Below, piece by piece: positions 33,662 through 44,949 of a DNA stretch of 49,880 bases. Each line of letters opens with the position of its first letter. Position 1 is the first letter of the stretch. The DNA is taken from contig AP026156.1 in NCBI GenBank assembly GCA_030295235.1, positions 248,001-297,880 of the forward strand. The letters run 5' to 3'. This DNA comes from Fistulifera solaris (taxonomy: Eukaryota). The position numbers were made by a program, and so were the translations under genes. The notes beneath the pieces were generated by a model that was not told the DNA's origin, did no database searches, and was given only the letters and a program-made list of their open reading frames with translations.

Positions 33662-34555
33662 TTATGAACTGGAGAGCGGATAGTTTGCTTTAACCGCAGA
33701 AGAGAAAAAGACCACGACGGCCATCGTCGCGCTCTTCCTTTGACCCATTCCGATAATGGGATCATAGATGTACGAAGTAGCGTCGCCCGTCTTTGGGAAA
33801 CGGAAGACAAAGAGTGATTTGCCACCTTCGTTGACAATCTTGGGGTAGCCCTCCGGCATGGTAATGACCTCTTCACCAACTTTGATGTTGCTGGCGAGGA
33901 CCAACGGAATACCACCACCAAGGTCATCTTCGGTAGGAACATCGGCACTTCCCTTGATTTCGATACCGACATCAATGTGCGTGGACGTTCCATCGTTGCA
34001 AGGGTTGCACCACTCCCAATCCACCAATTCAATGTTAAACTTGAAGTCACCAGGGAACACTTCAAAGGTCTCGTTCGTGTCAGTGACCATGGTACCACCT
34101 TCGTGCATGACGTAGGTATCAATCTTGATGGTTCCGACGGTCGAGACTTGGGACTCGAACGAAAACGTACTCGCCGTGTATCCAAACAATTCCGTCTTTT
34201 CGAGTTCGGAAAAGGTAAATGTTTGACTGGCAAAGTTTTGCACACTGTGCTTTTTACTACCCGTCTTGCCCACAATCTTGTCGTTCGCATCACGTTCGTA
34301 CAAATAGTCCATCGTCATGGTAACGGCATCGGGATCGGATCCCCAATCACCATTTTGCGAGTCATAAAGAGTGATCTTTCCACTCTGTCCGTGTTGGTAA
34401 ACGGAAGTAAAGTGATTGATGGTAGGAGCCGAAGAAGGCGCCGGAGAAGGAGCCGGAGAAGGCACCATCGAGGGAGAATCCGACTGGGCTTGCGCGAAGA
34501 AAGGAGTCGTCGCTGCGAGAGTGGCGAGGAGAACGTTGGAGACACGGAACAACAT
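33662..34555 (-). CDS. Secreted protein with a Ser/Pro linker and a domain resembling coral SAARP/CARP4 proteins
   Basis: Signal peptide, then SPSMVPSPAPSPAPSSAPT. Motifs HSVQNFASQTFTFS, NETFEVFPGDFKFNIELVDWEWC, MPEGYPKI, FVFRFPK and YDP match my recollection of the SAARP domain. Confidence 0.7.
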   Translation of the reverse strand: MLFRVSNVLLATLAATTPFFAQAQSDSPSMVPSPAPSPAPSSAPTINHFTSVYQHGQSGKITLYDSQNGDWGSDPDAVTMTMDYLYERDANDKIVGKTGSKKHSVQNFASQTFTFSELEKTELFGYTASTFSFESQVSTVGTIKIDTYVMHEGGTMVTDTNETFEVFPGDFKFNIELVDWEWCNPCNDGTSTHIDVGIEIKGSADVPTEDDLGGGIPLVLASNIKVGEEVITMPEGYPKIVNEGGKSLFVFRFPKTGDATSYIYDPIIGMGQRKSATMAVVVFFSSAVKANYPLSSS

Positions 34556-35169
34556 GGTGCAAAAGTGAAGTGTTATGAAAGGCTTTGTTTATGAAAAGAG
34601 GTTGAGCGAGTGTTTGTTTCGAAAATAATGAGAACAGTTTTGTGGTGGGCCGATTTGCATTTCGTGACCGAAAAATATCGAACGATCGTGCTTCGCAGGG
34701 TCATTATTTGGTCGTATTTTGTTCCATAAGTCCGAAGGCGCACTGAAACGGTTTTAGGAACTTTACGTGGAAAATTTTAGGCAATCGCGGAAGAAAACTC
34801 CATGAGATAGAAATGTACGAAGGGCTACTGTCGGATTACGACCTGGACGGTTACCCAACGCATGTGCTTCGCAAATGTTGATAGTGGAGTGTAGGTTCGC
34901 GGCCGATTTCGAATAGCCTGGTCGTAAAAAGGCCTCAAAAGAACAGAAACAAACGGTCGCTACTGCTCAGAGGTCTGTGTGAAACAAGAACGCATATCGT
35001 TCCGGTTCAGAAGAGGTTGATTGCCGGTGTGAGTTTGCAGCTCGCGCTCTTGCATTTTCTCACAACAAAAAGCACAATACAAAAAATCGTTCGAACGTTA
35101 GTTTTGTTTCATACTTCGTTACTCTGTTCTTCGAAAAGAATTACTAACATTCATAGCAATCCGGAAAAG

Positions 35170-36949
35170 ATGACCGCAAACAAGAAAATCGTGAACCGCG
35201 CGGAAGACGCTGTTGTGGAAATGATACAAGGATTGTTGCGACAATATCCGGAAACACTCAAATGTTGCGAAGCTCCTTATCAAAATGTCCTCGTCGGTTC
35301 TCATTATCTCACGAAAGAACGAACAGCTACTACTGCTCCCATTTCTTTGATTAGCGGCGGAGGCAGCGGTCATGAACCCAGTCATGCCGGTTGGGTCGGT
35401 TCCGGGATGTTGACGGCGGTCGTTTGTGGAGGAATCTTTGCGAGTCCTTCGATCGCCGCCATTCGAGCCGCACTACGGGCCGTTCCTTCCGATGCGGGAA
35501 TCTTGGTCATTGTGAAAAATTATACCGGTGATTGTTTGAATTTCGGCATGGCGATTGAAATGGAATCGAACAATAATACTACACCAATTGAAATGGTAGT
35601 TGTTGCCGATGATGTTGCCTTGCCGCGAAAGAAAGGCATTACGGGAGCACGGGGTCTCGCTGGAACGGTTTTAATTCACAAAATTGCCGGTGCGGCTGCT
35701 GCAGCGGGTTATTCGTTGTCAGAAGTCGCTGCGTTGGCACGAAACGCGTGTGCTCGCATGGGGACGTTGGGGATTGCGTTGGAGACAGTAGCGGTTCCGG
35801 GTGCTCCAGCCACGTCGTCGAGTCGGCTGCCCGACGATTGCTTTGAAGTGGGATTGGGGATACATGGAGAAGCTGGATTGAAGCAAGGTCCTGCCATGAC
35901 GGCGAATGAAATGGCAACTACCATGATATCGGCCATACAGTCGTACGGTCGCATAGAGAAGAAGGAAAGTTATATAATTGTCCCCATGTTCGCTGCGGGT
36001 GACGAAGTTTGTGTATTGGTGAACAATCTGGGCGGTACTTCGGAATTTGAAATGTCGATTTTGGCAAATGCGGTTGTCACAGAATTAGAAGCGGTGCATC
36101 ACGTCAAAGTGCGATTGTTGTACGTGGGAACGTACATGTCGAGTTTCAACATGCATGGAGCGTCCTTGACGATTTTAAATTTGACCGATGAAATAATTGA
36201 GTTATTGGAAGCCCCTACGAATGCACCAGCATGGAAGAAATGTCAGTATTCCAAGGAATCGACTGTATTCAATCCTGTGCCAGTTCCACCCGAAGTGAAA
36301 ACTAAGAGCGCCGATACAGCTCTACCAACACTGGAAATCCAAGACTTTTCCACCGTTGCACAAAAGATGGTTGTTGCTGCAGCACAAAGTTTGATCGACC
36401 ATGAACCATTGATTACGCATTATGATACTATTGTAGGGGACGGTGACTGTGGTTTGACCATGAAACGCGGAGCCATGGCTCTTTGGAATGCGAACACTTG
36501 GACACATCACATCCAGTTCAGTTGTTTACGCAAATCGCCAATCTTCTTTCGAGCAGTATGGGTGGAACGTCGGGTGTCTTGTTGGAACTAGGGTTTCGAA
36601 AAATGGCCACTTACTTGTCGCGTGCCGAGAATCAGAATATCACAAAGAACGCACTTTTGCCGCATTTCAGCAGGGGGTTCAAGCCATAGGATTCTATGGA
36701 CGAGCAGCACTTGGAGCAAGGACCATGCTAGATGCTCTGATTCCAGCCAGTCAAGTTGAAGACGCAAATTTGTTACAAGGCATGGCACAAGCCGCTCGTC
36801 ACGGTGCCGAAAGTACAGCAACTATGGGAACAGCATCGGCCGGTCGAAGTAATTATCTTTCCGCAGAATCGCTGCAGGGCACACCGGATCCTGGCGCCAT
36901 TGCCATGGCGCTCGTCTTGGAATCCATGGCGGCAAGTGCATCATTTTAA
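35170..36949 (+). CDS. DAK: Dihydroxyacetone/triose kinase (DhaK-DhaL fusion); frameshifts near 36485 and 36655
   Basis: ISGGGSGHEPSH, GIFASPS, KNYTGD, GLGIHGEAG, VNNLGG, GDGDCG, MGGTSG, RTMLDAL, AGRSNY and PDPGA. Confidence 0.95.
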
Positions 36950-38134
36950 CGGCCGTGCAAATCATAGTCAAGTCCAATTTGTTGACCCATTTCTAATCCA
37001 TTCAGATATGACATTTCAAATAAAGTCCCCTCCTGCCTAGCATTACTTGTTTTGAACCACATGGTTGTTTATTAATTACCTTAGGCAAACTATTCAAGCA
37101 CGTCCTTACCTGATAGGGTTGAGGATGCTTCATCTTTCGTCCGCAGTTGAAGTTTCGAAGAAAAACAGCTGTTTTTGATATTTTCAGTCCAGGATGTATC
37201 GATTCAAATTTCGACACGATTCAGACATAAATATCGAAAAAATTCAAAAGATGTATCCATAATTAGCACGTTTCGGTAATTTGTTAGGGGATGAAATGTC
37301 GCATTCGATTAGTATACAATAATAAGTACAAGTCGGCAGAGAGAAGAGCAACGGTATCCTTTCCATCAACCCATCAAAAAAAAGAGAGCAAGGCGCAAGG
37401 CCGTCCACAAACGAAAAGCCATCAAACGAGGGAGGACACGACATTTTTGGATCCCTCCTTCTTTCGTGCTCCTCAAAATAAGCTCCTCAATTAACAGCGC
37501 AATTCCCATTTTCCCTTCAAGTCTTACAGAGATACTTTATCTCAAAGAATAGTGTGCGTGCTCACAGTTTGCAATCGCACGAAATACCTCACTTGTCGAG
37601 TGACGAACGCGAGAAATTGCCCCCGATTTCGCGACGCCTTCTCAGCGCCTTCTCTTCCGGAAGTGTTATCATTCTGCACCGTGTGCTGAAGCGAAGTTCA
37701 TTAAGTCAGCAACCGATTTTCAATTGACTTTTGGCCTTTCTTATTCACGTCAAAGAGCGCTTCATCTCATCGTCGACGCGCACTCTTTCGTCGTCTCGGA
37801 ACTCCTCCAAACCGTCCTTGAGTTCTGTACGGGTGTCTGACAGACGACAGTTTCTGAGTCTTTGCAGCGTTGTGACTCCTTGCGGAATTGCTGTGAGCGT
37901 TTGTGTAGAACGGTCACAAGCGGTTTTTACTCTACGCTTTTCTGTACTGCGGTACTCGTATTCTGGTGTACAGTGCAGTATCAACGGAATTCAATTCCTG
38001 CTTGCGGAATTGAAGTGCAACAATTATTTCGAACGCTTTTCGCGCTTGCTCAAACGTCACACGGTCGGCGTCGCTCACTTTCCTGATCGAATTTTATCTC
38101 CTTTTGCTCATTTTATCGGATTCATTCGTCAACA

Positions 38135-39161
38135 ATGAGACTCATCAAGGCCGTTGTTTTATTTGTGGCCGTGCCTTGGGTAGAAGGATACGTTACAGAA
38201 GGCCCATGGTCGCAGCAGCCCGTCAGCGAGTTGAAGGCGGCTACAACCGTCCCATCACGGCGTGGCTGGTATCGGCGTCGCAGTACTAACGACTCTCCAA
38301 CAATCGTTGATAAACGCCGGCGACGAAATTCAGAGCCGCCGTCGATTGATTTGCATGGTTTTTCCGCACAACCACCTTCCGCGCGAGGCAAACAAAGTCT
38401 TTTCCAATCACTGACTTGCCAAGGAGTCGCTTCTTTTGTGTCTCGACTCATCTCACGTGGTGCTACGAAAGGCGAAGCGCATGTACAAGTTCGCTTGCAT
38501 CATGGACTTCGGAAACTTATTTCCAGTGGTGTACTGCATGCCGATGCGAGCCTGGTCGTTCCTCATCATCTCCATTTTAACGCTCTACGATTTTCCAGTG
38601 GTGTAGTGGAAGCAAGTGACATTCAATTGCATGTAGCCACGCAGCAATACTTGGAACCATTTACACTAACGGCAAAAGATGTGCAACTGACGGCAAACGA
38701 TTTGATGGAGTCACCGTGTATTCGACACGGTCTTCGGCGTCTCTTGACGCGCGTCCTTATTTCCGATTTTGCCGTCTGTCGCATTGATGACATTCGTATA
38801 CAGGAGGAAACAATGATGTTACTAGGAACAGTGACAACAATATTAGGGCAGCGAGTCCCTTTCCAAGTAGCCAGTGGGCTCGCGGCAGCTAATGGAATGC
38901 TCTTACTCGAAGAGCTGAATGTCAATGTCAACGGCATCCCGGTCCGAAGGTTCCCCTTGCTCAGTCTCCACATGGGCCCTAATACATTTTTTGGAGAGCG
39001 TCGTTTTGAAAGAGGATACCATGCATGTCTCAGCCAAGGTCATTATTACGCCCGATTTGCAAGTGGTGCCGCAAACGGTGTCACAAGACGCTACATGGAC
39101 GTTTGATGTCGGACGATGGTTGACACAAAGAGGCCGCTTTCACAACCATTCGACGGGTTAG
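38135..39161 (+). CDS. Signal-peptide protein of unknown function, possibly LmeA/DUF2993-like; frameshift near 38990
   Basis: Signal peptide MRLIKAVVLFVAVPWVEG and a beta-rich C-terminal half. It continues in another frame as FLESVVLKEDTMHVSAKVIITP...FDVGRWLT. Confidence 0.6.
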
Positions 39162-39794
39162 CTCCATTTGTATATAATTTTAATTTAATATCTAGTTGAT
39201 GCATAAAAATTACAAGATCTTAGTCCATTGCCTTGCGATGTGATTGAGGGTCGAAAGCGCTTCGGTTTTGCGAACGCGAAGCGACATGTAAAATCGGAAC
39301 TCTTTTCTCTTTGAAAACCGGTCACTTCTCCGACTTATCGGCGAAGTCCGAAATGACTGCGAGTGCGGTTTTCAAGCGCAGTTTTTATGTGCGTTTCTCT
39401 CTGCTTCGCCGAATCGTGTTACGAAACGGAAACTCGACGTTAAGTCGTTACCAAAATGCCTGCTGATACGGTACTACTTTACCTAACTAAAAGATTCCCT
39501 TTCCGGTTTGTTACGTTTTGCCTTTTTGTTGTATCACGTTGATTGTAGATAGGGCAACAAAAGAACGTACTTGAATGACGTAATGCTTGACTTATGTCTT
39601 CTTCCGCGAAGCCGTTTCTTTGCGAGACGGTTTTCATTTTCATCGGTTTCCATCCAAAGAAAACTGGTCAGTCACACGAAACAACAAGAACATTTTTACA
39701 AGCTGATCGATTCGTAAACCCACAAAAGAGGAAGCTCATAAAAGCAACAACCTCACATACAAGTAACTATTCGATATCACTAAACGAAGGAAAG

Positions 39795-40644
39795 ATGAAT
39801 GCCCTTACAATGACGCTCGCCGCGACGGAGAAGCGCGAAGAAGCGAAAAGACAAGATTGCCGTCTTGCAACGCCAAGAAGCCACTACGTATCGCCGTCCT
39901 TTGCCGACTTTTGGCTCCGATAAACACTGGAGACAAAGCATTGTTGAATGGATGTACGACATTGTCGATTCAGCCGGGATGCAACGCGATGTTGTCGCTG
40001 TGGCTTCCTATTATCTGGATGCTACGCCCGTTTCGACGCGTGAAGAGTATCAGTTATGCGCCATGACTGCTTTGCAGTTGGCGATGAAACTTTATTGCAG
40101 TTCTTCGATGAGCTGGTCGAGTCTAGTGCGATTGTCACGCGGAACCTTCAACGAAGACGACATTTGTGATATGGAGAGCCGCATTCTCCAGTCTTTGAAA
40201 TGGCGTGTGCATCCTCCGACGGCCAATTGCTTTCTACGAGAATTCTTGCAGCTGCTGCCCGAGAGCGTTGATACCAATTCACTCTACCGTCTCGAGCAAA
40301 TATCACGCTTCGTCACTGAATTTGCGAGCTGCTTGAACATATTCTGCCAATATCAGCCCTCGCATTTGGCGTTCGCCGGAATGTGCGTGGCGATGCAACG
40401 AATGGAGGTTGGGATGGTAACCGATATTCACGAATGCATGGAAGCCAATACAGGAATCAATTTTGACGATATTGCAACGCTGTGGGCCGAACTGCAACGA
40501 AGTCTTGCTCACAATGTGTCCTTGCATGAATTGCAAGTCAGCATGGCGACACTGTGCTCCCCGGTTCACAAAAGTACCGCGTCGCCCGTGGCTATTAAAC
40601 CAGTGCTCCAATTCAGCAGGTCACCTCGTCAAGTATCCTGCTGA
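39795..40644 (+). CDS. Cyclin (diatom-specific cyclin type); extra A near 39848
   Basis: WRQSIVEWMYDIVD, VAVASYYLD, YQLCAMTALQLAMK and MESRILQSLKWRVHPPT form a cyclin box. The N-terminus has IAVLQRQEATTY. Confidence 0.9.
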
Positions 40645-40808
40645 GACCTGAATATGTGCTGTGCCGTGCGAAAATCTATCTGTTTGTGGAAATCATCACC
40701 ACTACTATGCAATAATCAAAAGAATAGAGAAAACAATAACAACAACTATTGTATCACTAACGTATCGAGTGTTATGTACGATCGAACAGCCTTAATATCA
40801 TTGTCTCA

Positions 40809-41442
40809 TTAGGAAGCAGTAATTTGCGTTTGTTCGCTACCTTGCGTGATTTCTGCCACAGACGAAACCGGCTTCTTTCGGTGCTTTCCGAAATAGCAAC
40901 GCATATCGTACGCATCTTCACCGTCGGCATAATATCCTTTCTCAATATCATTCACTTCATATTGCAGTGTCTGAGAATACAAATGAAACGCGGCCCGATT
41001 GGATTGACGCACATGCAAGGAAACATATTCCGCTTGAAATACGTGTTCCATTTCGTATTGCGATCGTCGCATCAATGCCGTCGCAATTCCTCGTTTGCGG
41101 TGCGTCCGCAAAACACTCAAACTGGTAATATGGCCGTGTTTGCTGGTACTCTCTTCGTTCTCTTCCATCTTCGCAAGAACGTAGCCGACAATTTTGCCGT
41201 CAAAGTCTTCCGCGACCCACAGCAATTGCGGCCAACTCAGCAAGTGATAAAAATAGTATTTCATCTTTCCAAAAAATAAAAAAGAAGTAAAACATAATTA
41301 AGGCAGCTTAGGATCATTTGCAGTAAAGAATCAATAACATAATGTCAATTGCTTTCCTCACCTGATAATTCTCGGGCAAACACCACAAGTTTGTCGTTTG
41401 CATTTGTAAAAGATCGTTGACGGTTGCTTGACGAATATTCAT
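40809..41442 (-). CDS. NAA10: N-alpha-acetyltransferase NatA catalytic subunit, two exons
   Basis: Exon 1 (41362-41442) reads [29 protein letters not shown]. Exon 2 (40809-41264) reads [14 protein letters not shown]...GYVLAKME...HGHITSLSV...[11 protein letters not shown]. Confidence 0.97.
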
Positions 41443-41955
41443 CGTTGCGCTATCTAGATTGTGAATGAGAGGCACGAAAGGTTCACCTGATGATAAAAAG
41501 AATCCTTGGATGCAAACAGCCGGTTAAATCACATAAAGAATGAATGAACAATACCTGGTAGGAATAAACGCAATACAACACATGCGGCAAAAAATGTGAA
41601 AAGAAGGGGAGACGAGCGGATGGCGGACAGACATGTGAAAACTGAAAAAACCTCAACCCTACTAGGGGTCTAATGATGGAGTTATTATTTCATGACTTAT
41701 GAGAATGACTGTATGAGCGCCTAAGACAGTAGTATGACGTAAGCGCGAAACACAAAATACGTTCTTCTAAGAGTTGAGTTTTGTTCACTTTACGTCAAAC
41801 TGTACGATTCGCATTCGGGAAGGAACAACTCTCATTGGCGACTGGTGACTGATGACAGCCGATCCGAAGCGAGAAGCCTAAACGATTTTTTGTCATCCAA
41901 CTTTTTCAACGCACGAAATCAACTCCCATTCTTCCAATCGACGAAACAAAACACT

Positions 41956-42477
41956 ATGATGAAGACACCTACTGCATCTCCTGCCGCCAAGCTCGCAACT
42001 GTGCTAGCCGTTCTAGCGTTATGCGGTATGATCGGTTCCAGCTTAAACTCCTCCGCTTCCACAGAACGTGATGAACGCGAAGGTATCTTCATTCCTTTCT
42101 TTAACTTCTTCCGTCGCTCGAACTTGTTGACGAAGCGCATTGACTCGGGTACGAATGCTACGTTCTACATTTCCCGCAATGAGTGGCAGCTGTTTGAAAT
42201 TTTTCAAGAACCCGAGACGATGTGCAGCTGCACGGCCACCTGCTTGGATCCGGCCAGTCGCATCGATTTCTACATGACGTACAATCCTCGCGTTCGTTTC
42301 AATGACGACTGGGATGGGTGGGACTGCGAAGAGACGTTGCCGTCCAACACGCAGACATGCGAGGCTCCACCGCCCGTGGCTGGGGATATTTGCTGGGTAG
42401 CCGTCCGCGGTGACAAAATCAATCGCCCGCATCAAGCTTGTCAAATCTCGTGCACCATCGATGATGAAAACCGTTAA
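41956..42477 (+). CDS. Small secreted Cys-rich protein, PPC-like family, paralog 4
   Basis: Hydrophobic N-terminus. Core CSCTATC...RIDFYMTYNPRVRFNDDWDGWDCEETLPSNTQTC...CWVAVRGD...CQISC. Confidence 0.85.
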   Translation: MMKTPTASPAAKLATVLAVLALCGMIGSSLNSSASTERDEREGIFIPFFNFFRRSNLLTKRIDSGTNATFYISRNEWQLFEIFQEPETMCSCTATCLDPASRIDFYMTYNPRVRFNDDWDGWDCEETLPSNTQTCEAPPPVAGDICWVAVRGDKINRPHQACQISCTIDDENR

Positions 42478-43028
42478 ATAAATCCTGTCTGATAGTAGGT
42501 CTATAAAAGAGTGATCTTAAAAAATACGGAGTAAAGAATTAAGATCTTTGCGTTCTTCAATGGATACAGTAACATCAAGTGAATGCATCCATTTCCAATA
42601 ATTAGCGTTACGGTTTTTGCAGGGTACCTTATTTTTGGCCAAAAACCAAAAATCCGATCAAATTCGAAGTCTTCATAAATATTTCGGAAACGGTATCCAA
42701 GAGTGATTTTTACAATATGGGAAACAGTAGCCAAAACGTGGGAGCACGCGAAATGCGAACGCCTGGCGCCTGGCCATGGCCAGACGTACTATCGCTTTCG
42801 ATGTACTAAGAGGAAAACATCTTATTGGCATTTATGGGTTACACATGTTTTTACACGCGAGCATCGATCGACGATCGAGGCATAATGAGATGCTTCTTCT
42901 TGATTCGTTCTTCTCTCTAGTTGGCAAACCAAACAAAACGCGAAGCTGCAAAGATCGCGACATCTTTCGTCGTCTTTTCATAACAGCAGCGGAAAGCAAT
43001 CATTTATTCCTTTTCCATCGTTACAGCC

Positions 43029-43529
43029 ATGAAGTCCTCTGTCGTTTCGACTAGCTTGAAAGTGATGGCCCTTTTGGTGTTCTTGGTGGGCCTAGCCTCA
43101 CAGAAACATGCCGTCACTTCTTTCGTCGGTGACCGCGCTGCATTCAAGACAACTATTGTCAGTTGTTTTAACCGCATCGGTGTCAAAGACCTCGATTCTG
43201 GCGGCCCCTCTGATTTCACTTTGAGCGAGAACGAATGGAAAGTCTTCAAAGTCTTCCAAGATGCCGATAACAATTGCGCATGCACTGTCACTTGCGAAGA
43301 CGCCAACGCTCGTATTGACGTCTACATGACCTTCGAACGCGGTCCTCGCTTGAACGACAATTGGGACGGCTGGGCTTGCAAGGAAACTTTGGCCTTTAAC
43401 ACGCAAACTTGTACCGCCGACGTACCGGGCCCTGACTCGACGTGCCGTCTCGCCGTCCGTGGTGACACGTTCCCTCGCAATCATTCTCCTTGCACGGTAA
43501 CTTGCACTGTTGATGGCGCTGGACGTTAA
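43029..43529 (+). CDS. Small secreted Cys-rich protein, PPC-like family, paralog 5
   Basis: Signal peptide. It is closest to paralog 2 (ASQKHAV.FxGDR, SCFNRI). Core RIDVYMTFERGPRLNDNWDGWACKETL. Confidence 0.85.
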   Translation: MKSSVVSTSLKVMALLVFLVGLASQKHAVTSFVGDRAAFKTTIVSCFNRIGVKDLDSGGPSDFTLSENEWKVFKVFQDADNNCACTVTCEDANARIDVYMTFERGPRLNDNWDGWACKETLAFNTQTCTADVPGPDSTCRLAVRGDTFPRNHSPCTVTCTVDGAGR

Positions 43530-44099
43530 GCCGAGAATGCTTCTTTGCTCAAAGATTGTCGTAGAAGAAGAAGCGAATGCTACTTTTCTCGGTGGATTAG
43601 ATGGTTAAAGTTAGATTCAGCATTGACAGGTACGGCTACTATCATGTCAGTAGCACCCTTTCTTTACGTCTAGTATTTACATATGCCTGCCCTGCATCTT
43701 TGCTGTTGTATCATTGGTGATTTGGTTGCTCGTGTTCTGTAGAAATGATGGAGACGGACCACAAGAACCGCATCCAGCATTTGAACGGACTCTCGAGCTA
43801 GTTAGGATCAGTCAAGAAGAAAGAATACACATGTACTAGCTGCTTGCTAAACTCTATTGAGTTTATCAGATATGCAAATAAGATGGGCGAATAGGTTGCT
43901 AACTTGAGAAGACTTCACCAAGTAGCAATGTTTAGAAGTTAAAGAAACGATTGTGTTGCCTCAGCAACTGAGTCCTGGCGGGACTGAATTATCACACGCG
44001 TCGCCCGTTTTTTTTTCTCATTTTTTGTTGTCATCGAACGCCGATGACGATGATGCGTATTCCTCGTTAATTCCTTTTCAATCGATAAAAGAATGAATC

Positions 44100-44888
44100 A
44101 TGCGACAAGGTCTTCCTTTCAAACTACTCCTTCTTTTGCACTTTCTGACATCACTTTCATTGCTTTCTGTGGATGTAACAACCTGTCAAGGGTTGTCAAC
44201 AACAAAAACATCACCGCTATTGTCTCATTCTGAGTTATCGGAACAGGTTCAATTGAGCGATCGTCGGCGTCTCTTGCAAATATGTTCCGTTCCGACAGTA
44301 TCAGGTCTTCTCTTCACAATAACGGCACGACCTTGTGAAGCTGCTACAACTACTCGCGAATTGGACTTTTGTTTGGTACAAACGGCACGAGCCACAGCTT
44401 GGGCCCAACAGCTGTCGCAACAACTGAAACGATCGGATGGATCGGAATCATCACTACAAAAAGCCGCTTATTTGGAAGCACGCTTGGGAGCCAAAGCACT
44501 CTTGACGGGACGCATGGGTGGCGGTGCGAATGCCGCTGTCTATCGTTTATCGACCTTACAATTCACCGGTTGTTGTAACGATTTAGTCAACTCATATGGT
44601 GCAGATGCTCAACTATTGCAAGCATGGCGGGAAGAGATTGCCGCTCTCGTGGAATTTGATGGCTTGGACAGTGTCTTGGATCCGTCTCCGCGATCTTCAT
44701 TGACACTGCAACAATACAATGATAAGAAACGTGTCTTCGTACAACGACAACTGGAAGAACGAATTGTCCCGACGGGGCAACGTGTGATGCAACAATTTCC
44801 CGAACGACGAGCACGCGTGCAACAATATTTGCAGACGTATTATGCCGATGAACTACCCATTATTAGGTCACAACAACCAGAAGCATAG
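44100..44888 (+). CDS. Probable plastid thylakoid-lumen protein of unknown function
   Basis: Signal peptide, then the twin-arginine-like DRRRLL, a hydrophobic stretch and a CEA cleavage-like site. The mature part has YLEARLGAKALLTG and LVEFDGLD. Confidence 0.7.
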   Translation: MRQGLPFKLLLLLHFLTSLSLLSVDVTTCQGLSTTKTSPLLSHSELSEQVQLSDRRRLLQICSVPTVSGLLFTITARPCEAATTTRELDFCLVQTARATAWAQQLSQQLKRSDGSESSLQKAAYLEARLGAKALLTGRMGGGANAAVYRLSTLQFTGCCNDLVNSYGADAQLLQAWREEIAALVEFDGLDSVLDPSPRSSLTLQQYNDKKRVFVQRQLEERIVPTGQRVMQQFPERRARVQQYLQTYYADELPIIRSQQPEA

Positions 44889-44949
44889 CATTGTATGTTT
44901 TTATTAGTCTAGACTGCCGATATTACACTTGCTTCGTATTACACACGCA

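Noticed and set aside
10299..43484. Long antisense ORFs over the PPC-like paralogs (10299..10916, 42043..42444, 43098..43484)
   Set aside because: They are shadow frames. Their similarity to each other follows from the paralogy of the sense genes.
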